In this document: piece by piece, positions 15,727-21,864 of the stretch | Numbering within the stretch: position 1 is the stretch's first letter | How the letters are laid out: every line of letters begins with the position of its first letter | Source of the DNA: an uncultured bacterium | GTDB taxonomy: Bacteria; UBP15; UBA6099 | Direction: 5' to 3' | Assembly: GCA_964409645.1 (NCBI GenBank) | Contig: CAYPEK010000005.1 | Coordinates: forward strand, 43,939 to 66,979 | Length of the DNA: 23,041 nt | Position numbers and translations under genes: made by a program | Notes under the pieces: model-generated | The model's database searches: none | The model's input: the letters and a program-made list of their open reading frames with translations, nothing else | What the model was told of the DNA's origin: nothing

Positions 15727-17580
15727 TTGGGCTCGCAATACTACGGATACACTGGAAAAATGCTGTACATCGATATGTCGTCTCTGACTTCCGAGGAGCG
15801 CGATACGCCGGAGTCGCTCGTGCGCGACTACATCGGAGGCCGCGGGATGGCGGCGCGGATGCTCTGCGATCTTGTCCCGGCGGGCTGCGACCCGCTCGGC
15901 GAGGACAACGCGATTATCATCGCAACGAGCGCGCCGACAGGCACGAACGCGCCGACCGCCGGACGCGGCCACATGGTTTTCAAATCGCCGCTCACGGGCA
16001 CGATCGGCTCGTCGAACTCCGGCGGCGACTGGGCCGCGCATCTGAAGTCGGCGGGATACGACGCGCTCGTCATTCTCGGCCGCGCGAACAAGCCGACGCT
16101 CATCTCGATCGACGGCGCGGAGGACGGCGGACCGGCAAAAGTTACGTTCGAGGACGCGGGCGGCGTGTGGGGGCTCGACGTCCACAAAACGTCGGACACG
16201 ATCCTCGGCTCGCCGGAGCGCAAGGGCTCGCGCGGGCTGTTCATCGGCCCGGCCGGCGAGCGGCTCGTCCGCATCGCGGCGGTGATGAACGAAAAGAACC
16301 GCGCGTACGGCCGCGGCGGCCCCGGCGCGGTCTTCGGCTCGAAAAACATCAAAGGCATAATCGCGCGCGGGTCGCGCAAGACAACCATTGCGGATAAAGA
16401 GACATTTGACGCCGGGCGCAACCACGCGCTTTACAAGCTGCGCGCATCGCCAAGCACGAAACGCATCATGCGCGAGCTCGGCACCGCCGGACTCGTCAAC
16501 CTCATAAACTGGATCGACATGTTGCCAAGACGCAACTACTCATCGACCGTGCACGACCAGTCCGACCTCGACCGCATGTGCGGCGAGGCGATCGCGGACA
16601 CCGTGCTCGAAAAAGCGGGCGGCTGCTACCGCTGCCCGATCATGTGCGCGCGCCACACGCGCACGCCGAACGGCCGCTCCGGCGAAGGCCCGGAGTACGA
16701 AACCGTCGTCCTGCTCGGCCCGGTGCTCGACATCTACGACCTGCCCCTCATAACCGAGATAAACTACCTCTGCAACGAGCTCGGCATGGACACCATCTCG
16801 CTCGGCGGCACGCTCGGCGCGGCGATGGAATGCGCGGAGCGCGGAATACTGCCGGACCTGCCGGGCGCGGATAAGTTGCGCTTCGGCAATATAGACGGAC
16901 TGCTCGACGTCGTGAACAGCATCGCCACTCGCGAGGGCGTCGGCGACCTGCTCGCGGAGGGCTCCGCGCGCATGACCGCATCGCTCGGCGAACCCGGACT
17001 CGCGATGGCCGTCAAGGGCCTCGAAATGCCCGCGTACGACCCGCGCGCGTCCTACACTCAGGCGCTCGGCTACATGACGAGCCCCACCGGCGCGTGCCAC
17101 CTCCGCGGCGGCTACGCGGTATCGCTCGCGTTCTTCGGCGGCAGCAAGGAAATCCCGCGCTTCTCCATCCGGCAAAGTCCGATGGCGGTCTTTAACGTGC
17201 AAAACGTCGGCATTATTCAGGACTCGTCCGGCATGTGCCGGTTCACGGGCTACGCGTTCGGGCTGGACGTCCTCGCACGGCTGCTCAGCGGCTCGTCCGG
17301 GTTCGATTTCTCGGTCGAGAAGCTCGAATTCATCGCCCGCAGGATCGCGACACTCGAACGGCTGTTCAACAACGCCGCCGGTTTCACCGAGGACGACGAC
17401 ACGTTGCCGCCGAGGTTCCAGACCGAACCGCTGCACACCGACGGTGCGGACCGCGTGATGTCGCCGGAGCTGATCCGCACCCTGCGCGAGGCGTACTACG
17501 AGATCAGCGGCTGGGACAAAGCCGGCCGCCCGAAACCGGAAACGATCGAGAAATTCGGCATCGCGCCGATAAAAGTTTAA
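15727..17580 (+). CDS. aor: Tungsten-containing aldehyde:ferredoxin oxidoreductase (AOR family), 617 aa
   Basis: TTG start with GGAAGG 8 nt upstream. Strong family blocks match Pyrococcus AOR from memory: N-terminal YGYTGKMLYIDMS (YGNWGRFIRVNLS), YIGGRGMAARML, KSPLTG, GRGGPGAVFGSKNIKGIIARG, the 4Fe-4S and pterin region CYRCPIMCARHT (CYACPIGCGRV), GEGPEYE, AYDPRA, GACHLRGG. Confidence 0.93.
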   Translation: MGSQYYGYTGKMLYIDMSSLTSEERDTPESLVRDYIGGRGMAARMLCDLVPAGCDPLGEDNAIIIATSAPTGTNAPTAGRGHMVFKSPLTGTIGSSNSGGDWAAHLKSAGYDALVILGRANKPTLISIDGAEDGGPAKVTFEDAGGVWGLDVHKTSDTILGSPERKGSRGLFIGPAGERLVRIAAVMNEKNRAYGRGGPGAVFGSKNIKGIIARGSRKTTIADKETFDAGRNHALYKLRASPSTKRIMRELGTAGLVNLINWIDMLPRRNYSSTVHDQSDLDRMCGEAIADTVLEKAGGCYRCPIMCARHTRTPNGRSGEGPEYETVVLLGPVLDIYDLPLITEINYLCNELGMDTISLGGTLGAAMECAERGILPDLPGADKLRFGNIDGLLDVVNSIATREGVGDLLAEGSARMTASLGEPGLAMAVKGLEMPAYDPRASYTQALGYMTSPTGACHLRGGYAVSLAFFGGSKEIPRFSIRQSPMAVFNVQNVGIIQDSSGMCRFTGYAFGLDVLARLLSGSSGFDFSVEKLEFIARRIATLERLFNNAAGFTEDDDTLPPRFQTEPLHTDGADRVMSPELIRTLREAYYEISGWDKAGRPKPETIEKFGIAPIKV

Positions 17581-17629
17581 TTAATAGAAATTGACCGCGC
17601 GCAACACGCGCTTAAACGGAGTTGTCATA

Positions 17630-18991
17630 ATGAAAACGCAAAGACCGCCGGAGGAAAAGACGCAGCAGATCGTCACGCTCTTCAAGGCCATCGGCGCCGC
17701 CGCGCTGAAGATCGACATCGAGGACTCGCACAGCGGCAACATCGCGACGAAATGGGTGGATGAAGACGGCACGATCCACATGGCGATCACCGCCACCGGC
17801 TCGCAAAAGGGCGACCTGAAAGACACCGACATCTGCTTCCCGGGGATCGACCGCACGACGTACGGGCACTACAAAGCGTCGTCCGAGACCGACATTCACG
17901 CGCAGATTCTTCTGCAGCCGGGCGTCGGCGGTTCTTTCCACGCACACACGAAACATGCCGTTATCGAGTCATTCGACGACAGGCCGAAGCCGCTCGAAAC
18001 GCCCATCACGCCGTTGCGGCCGCTCGATCCGCTCGGATACCATCACATCGGCAAAGTGCCTGTGGAATGGTTCGCGGTGCCGAGCGGATCGCCTGAGATG
18101 GCGCGGCTCATTCCGGAGCACCTGTCGAAGAATATCGCGATGATAATCCACGCGCACGGCACGTTCAGCCGCGGGCAAAGCGTGCAGGAAGCATTCTACC
18201 GGGTCGCGCTCGTGGAAAACCTCGGCCGAGTGCTCTGGTTCCTGCGCATTCAGGGGCTGGACTCCGCCGCGATCGCGGACTACGCCTACCAGAATCCGGA
18301 GAAACACTTCCCGTTTGTACCGACTCTCTTCACGCCGGACCGCGACGGCGAATGCGACTTCAGCGACGAGCCGGACACGGTGGCGGAATTCCTCAAAACC
18401 GGCCGCCGCATCTTCGAGTCCAAGCTCTCGCCGTTCCACGCCGGCTCGCTCTCGCTCCGCGGAGCGAACACGCTGCTTTTCACGCCGAAAGCGTCGATGC
18501 CGACCGGTCTCCCCGGCCCGCTGTGGGAAAAGCCGCTCGAAAGCGATCCGAACGATGAGGCGGAACTCGCGTTTCACAAGAAGATTTATCAGAACAGCAC
18601 ATTCCAGTCGATCGCGCACACCTACCTCGCGGAGGCGGAGGCGGTCGCGTGGTCGGTGCATCCGAAATTCTCGCCGGACCCCGACCATCAGGGTCGCGAC
18701 GAGGACAAATCGACGTACATAGTGCCGGTTGATGCGGAAGGCAGTTTCCTTTATTTGAAAATTCCGGTGCTGTCGCCGACAGCGAATTTCGAGGAGATTC
18801 TTCGCGCGCTCCACGACTACCACATGATAATCGTGCGCGGGCGCGGCGTGTTCGCGATCGGCGAACAGTCGCTCTCCGAAGTGCTCCACCGCGTGTCGCC
18901 GATCCGCGACATCTGCTATTACAGAATATGCGCGGCGATGCGAAAGCTGAACTTCCTCAACCTCGAACCGAAGAACGCGAGAAACTGGTGA
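17630..18991 (+). CDS. Tandem class-II aldolase/adducin-fold protein (N-terminal domain with intact His ligands, C-terminal domain degenerate), about 454 aa
   Basis: The track ORF starts at TTG 17591. I prefer ATG 17630 (MKTQRPPEEK...), which has GGAG 8 nt upstream. Domain 1: SHSGNIATKW...ITATGSQKGDL...ASSETDIHAQI...GGSFHAHTKHAV, i.e. the SGN(I/L)S, TPSG-like, E, and H-x-H zinc-ligand pattern of the fuculose-P aldolase / AraD / MtnB family. Domain 2 (from about aa 270): AGSLSLRGANTLLFTPKAS...IAHTYLAEAE...MIIVRGRGVFAIGE. It has the same fold signature but only one His where H-x-H is expected. Confidence 0.75.
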   Translation: MKTQRPPEEKTQQIVTLFKAIGAAALKIDIEDSHSGNIATKWVDEDGTIHMAITATGSQKGDLKDTDICFPGIDRTTYGHYKASSETDIHAQILLQPGVGGSFHAHTKHAVIESFDDRPKPLETPITPLRPLDPLGYHHIGKVPVEWFAVPSGSPEMARLIPEHLSKNIAMIIHAHGTFSRGQSVQEAFYRVALVENLGRVLWFLRIQGLDSAAIADYAYQNPEKHFPFVPTLFTPDRDGECDFSDEPDTVAEFLKTGRRIFESKLSPFHAGSLSLRGANTLLFTPKASMPTGLPGPLWEKPLESDPNDEAELAFHKKIYQNSTFQSIAHTYLAEAEAVAWSVHPKFSPDPDHQGRDEDKSTYIVPVDAEGSFLYLKIPVLSPTANFEEILRALHDYHMIIVRGRGVFAIGEQSLSEVLHRVSPIRDICYYRICAAMRKLNFLNLEPKNARNW

Positions 18992-18997
18992 GAAAAG

Positions 18998-19288
18998 CAG
19001 TAGCGAGGATAGAGTAGCGAGGGAAACAACAAAAACAAGAATATAGAATATAGGATGCAGAATATAGCAAAAGACAAAAATGCAACTGGCAACTGGTAGC
19101 TACAAATTAGGAAAAAACCGAGCCGCGAGCGCAAACAAGCGGTCGCGGTGAAGGATGAAACAACAAAACGAATAAAAGCAAAACAGGGACTGGCAACGCA
19201 GTTTTGTCGCGGTGCCTGTACAGTTTTAAGTAGTGAGAAATAATGAAACGAATAAGTTTTTTTGTTTTTTACTCGATGCTCGCTACTG
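18998..19288. repeat. Repeat-rich noncoding element of about 290 bp flanked by terminal inverted repeats (CAGTAGCGAG ... CTCGCTACTG); possible MITE-like element or long structured leader of the permease gene
   Basis: Left end 18998-19015 is CAGTAGCGAGgatagagt. The revcomp of the right end 19271-19288 is CAGTAGCGAGcatcgagt, matching at 15/18 positions with the 10 outer bp perfect. Internal direct repeats: AGTAGCGAGG x2 (18999-19008, 19013-19022), (G)AATATAG x3 (19039-19069), AACTGGC x2 (19091-19104). There is an internal hairpin acaaaac...gttttgt (19164-19209) whose loop contains ACAGGGACTGGC. No ORF of credible composition is present. Confidence 0.45.
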
Positions 19289-19314
19289 AAAAAATATTGT
19301 CGGGGTGCTGAAAG

Positions 19315-20238
19315 GTGAAAAAATTAAGCAGTGTGATCGGCCCGCTTGTCGGCTTGATTATTATCGGCGCGTTTCTCGCGATCCGGACGGATACGTTTCT
19401 TACGGCGCCGAACCTGATGAACATCGTGCGTCAGGTGTCAGTCAACTCGATACTCGCGGCGGGAGCGACTATGGTGATCCTGCTCGGTGGCATCGACCTC
19501 TCCGTCGGTTCCGTGCTGGCTCTTGCGGGCGCGGTTGCAGCGTGGGCGCTGCTGAAATTCGGCATCCCGGCGGGAATAGCCGCCGGGCTTGTGGTGGGGC
19601 TCGCAGCGGGCGTTTTCAACGGCGTCATCATCTCCTACGGCCGCGTCGCGCCGTTCATCGTCACGCTCGGCTCGATGACGATCCTTCGCAGCCTCACTCT
19701 CGTTTTCACGGGCGGCAAACCGATCTCAAACTATCCCGAAGCATTCCTCAATATCGGCGAAGGCAGTGTGGCCGGAATCCCTGTCCCGGTGCTGATCGCG
19801 GCGGTCGTGCTTATCCTCATCCACTTTCTGCTGCGCACAACCCGATTCGGGCGCTACGTTTATGCGGCCGGCGGAAATGAGGAAGCAACCCACCTCTCCG
19901 GCATCAATGTTAAACTTTTGAAGACGATGGTTTATTCGATAGCGGGTATTCTTGCGGCAATCGGCGCGATTGTATTTATCGCGCGACTCGATTCGGCGCA
20001 GCCGCAGGCGGGGATGGGCTTCGAACTCGACGCAATCGCGGCGGTCGTCATCGGCGGCACATCGCTCTCCGGCGGCGCGGGCGGAATCCCCGGCACAATC
20101 CTCGGCGCACTAATCATGGGCGTTCTCCGCAACGGACTCAACCTGATGGAAGTCTCAGCGTTCTGGCAGCAGGCATTCATCGGCTCGGTTATCATAGTAG
20201 CCGTTCTCGCGGACCAATTACGCAAAAAAGGCCGCTGA
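19315..20238 (+). CDS. ABC transporter permease, sugar (ribose/xylose RbsC-like, BPD_transp_2) type, 307 aa
   Basis: GTG start per track. N-terminus MKKLSSVIGPLVGLIIIGAFLAIRTDTFLTAPNLMNIVRQVSVNSILAAGATMVILLGGIDLSVGSVLALAG is the characteristic RbsC-like N-terminus (...N..NI.RQ.S..gILA.GMT.VIltGGIDLSVGS.lAL.G). There are multiple TM segments. The C-terminus lies within a terminator hairpin. Confidence 0.85.
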   Translation: MKKLSSVIGPLVGLIIIGAFLAIRTDTFLTAPNLMNIVRQVSVNSILAAGATMVILLGGIDLSVGSVLALAGAVAAWALLKFGIPAGIAAGLVVGLAAGVFNGVIISYGRVAPFIVTLGSMTILRSLTLVFTGGKPISNYPEAFLNIGEGSVAGIPVPVLIAAVVLILIHFLLRTTRFGRYVYAAGGNEEATHLSGINVKLLKTMVYSIAGILAAIGAIVFIARLDSAQPQAGMGFELDAIAAVVIGGTSLSGGAGGIPGTILGALIMGVLRNGLNLMEVSAFWQQAFIGSVIIVAVLADQLRKKGR

Positions 20239-20252
20239 AAGCAGCCTTTTTT
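20224..20252. terminator. Candidate bidirectional intrinsic terminator between the convergent permease and cheX genes
   Basis: AAAAAAggccgctgaaagcagccTTTTTT: a short GC hairpin of about 6 bp with one mismatch, flanked by A6 upstream and T6 downstream. The permease stop TGA (20236-20238) sits in the loop region. Confidence 0.45.
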
Positions 20253-20302
20253 GTTCAATTCATGCAGCAATCCATGCCGGATTTCTCCGGCGGATGCACA
20301 AT

Positions 20303-20782
20303 TTATGCGACGTCTCTTTTTTCCTCGGAGTCGCGAAGCGATACACATATTTCTATCCTGTGCTCGCCAAGAAACATCGGAACCACAAGCGATTTGGAAC
20401 AGTTAAGTAACGACAACTCGGAGCCGTCTATAACATAAGGCGGCGTAATTTCACTCATAAAACCTTCCTCCGATAAACCCGTCATCGCATTCGAGACCAA
20501 GATGTCGGTCAATTCCGCCACTGCGCTCTTCCCAAGCTCATCGAGCCCGTTATTCTCTCCGACCATCTTGACGGCGATGCTTTCCGCGCAAGCATTCGAC
20601 ATCGACATCACAACCTGTCCGTTCAGACGGCCGGTGACGCCGATTACCACAGCAAACTCTCCTGTTGTCCTGAATAATCTATTCTTTAAATAATACCGTC
20701 CTATGGTCGGTTTCTCGCCAACCATTTCCCCGAATATTTTCGTAATAGACTCGTTGAAGTAATTCAGCTGCTCGACCTTCAT
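20303..20782 (-). CDS. cheX: CheX-family (CheC/CheX/FliY-like) chemotaxis phosphatase paralogue 1, about 160 aa
   Basis: The track ORF 20303..20833 starts MYTLRIVFRAKKREGQQMKVEQ. I prefer the internal ATG at 20782 (MKVEQLNYFNESITKIFGEMVGEKP...), which has GGGAGGGG about 6 nt upstream and the canonical CheX N-terminus. The stretch VVIGVTGRLNGQVVMSMS plus the ITPPYVIDG and VVPMFLGEHRIEI motifs match CheX. The putative catalytic pair reads AELTD (E-x2-D), not the E-x2-N of CheX2. Confidence 0.75.
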   Translation of the reverse strand: MKVEQLNYFNESITKIFGEMVGEKPTIGRYYLKNRLFRTTGEFAVVIGVTGRLNGQVVMSMSNACAESIAVKMVGENNGLDELGKSAVAELTDILVSNAMTGLSEEGFMSEITPPYVIDGSELSLLNCSKSLVVPMFLGEHRIEICVSLRDSEEKRDVA

Positions 20783-21086
20783 TTGCTGCCCCTCCCGTTT
20801 TTTTGCACGGAAAACTATCCGCAGGGTGTACAACTTTCCCGGCGTAACTTTTCCGGCTCCCTCTCTTTTTGTGCTTCCAACTGGTTAGACGTCGATTTTG
20901 GCTGTTTTCCGGTAATTTTTTTAAAATTATTTTTTGTTTGTGAAAAGCAACTCTGTACTTGCCCATTGTCAATTCAAGGCTCGCCGGACAGCAACACAAT
21001 GCCGCATGGCAACAAATTTGTCCAAAACAGCATTTCTATAGTTGAATTTTGCTAATTGAAAACAAATTGTCGCTGCCGACGGCCTG

Positions 21087-21563
21087 TTAAGCCGCCGTTT
21101 CGGCAAGCGTGAGGTTAACTTCCAGAGTTCCCGCGCCCATGTTCAGAGGAATCACCACCGTTCGGGAATTTGGCGGCCCCGTGATCGCCATCCCCGAGCC
21201 GGTAAAAACATGCGGCGGGGTTATATCGCACGTGTAACCGGCCTCCGCAAGTCCGATAGTCGCATTCGCCGCGATCATATTCGACATCTCCGCCAATGCA
21301 CTCTGTGCCACCTCATCGAACGCGTACACCTTCGGCTCCATCATCATCGCAGCCGCGATGTTCTTTGCGGATTCCTCGGAAAGCGTGATCACCATGTGCC
21401 CCGAAAGATGCCCCGTCACGCCCACAACCACCGCCACGTCATTCGATTCGTACGTAAGATGATCTCTCAAAAAAACCTTTCCCATCGCAGGTTTTTCAGA
21501 AATCGACTCCTCGACGATCTTGACCACGGACTTTATGAACGGATTGAGATATTCAACTTTCAT
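21087..21563 (-). CDS. cheX: CheX-family chemotaxis phosphatase paralogue 2, 158 aa
   Basis: MKVEYLNPFIKSVVKIVEESISEKPAMGKVFLRD...VVVGVTGHLSGHMVITLSEESAKNIAAAMM...LAEMSNMIAANATIGLAEAGYTCDITPPHVFTG...VVIPLNMGAGTLEVNLTL is a near-textbook CheX, with the E-x2-N motif present. GGAG lies upstream of the ATG. Confidence 0.82.
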   Translation of the reverse strand: MKVEYLNPFIKSVVKIVEESISEKPAMGKVFLRDHLTYESNDVAVVVGVTGHLSGHMVITLSEESAKNIAAAMMMEPKVYAFDEVAQSALAEMSNMIAANATIGLAEAGYTCDITPPHVFTGSGMAITGPPNSRTVVIPLNMGAGTLEVNLTLAETAA

Positions 21564-21810
21564 CTGATGTGGCTCCAGAACAAAATCCGCGACAAAATCG
21601 CCAATTTGATACTTGTCAATGTAATATGTCCGGTAAGTACAACTGCATTATACACTCCGATCCGGGAATATACTAATTAGTAATGAGAAAAATTTCAAAT
21701 TTGTTTTATTCACAATGATTAACATCACATACAAATTAAGCTTAATAATACAAAATTACTTAGTTGTGCTAAAATAAAGTAAAGATTTAAACTTTTCTGG
21801 ATATTTAATT

Positions 21811-21837
21811 TTTTGAATGTAAGGACAATATTCAAAA
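21811..21837. promoter_or_regulatory. Perfect 8-bp inverted repeat TTTTGAAT-N11-ATTCAAAA, 28-54 bp upstream of the tail-fibre-like gene start (candidate operator)
   Basis: 21811-21818 is ttttgaat, the spacer is gtaaggacaat, and 21830-21837 is attcaaaa. It lies within the AT-rich divergent promoter region between cheX2 and the repeat protein gene. Confidence 0.3.
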
Positions 21838-21864
21838 TCCAAAAAAATCGGTGGTGGAACCATC

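Noticed and set aside
16540-17436. 298-aa minus-strand ORF (also 15703..16425 - and 15828..16421 -)
   Set aside because: Antisense to the AOR gene, whose identity is unambiguous. Arg/Ala-rich shadow translations.
17969-18889. 306-aa minus-strand ORF
   Set aside because: Antisense to the tandem aldolase-fold gene. Extremely Arg-rich translation, no RBS.
20985-21020. Possible sigma-54 promoter (GGCA-N-TTGC) upstream of cheX1 on the minus strand
   Set aside because: The GG-to-GC spacing is one nucleotide short of the strict -24/-12 spacing and TGGCAC is only partially matched. Not supportable.
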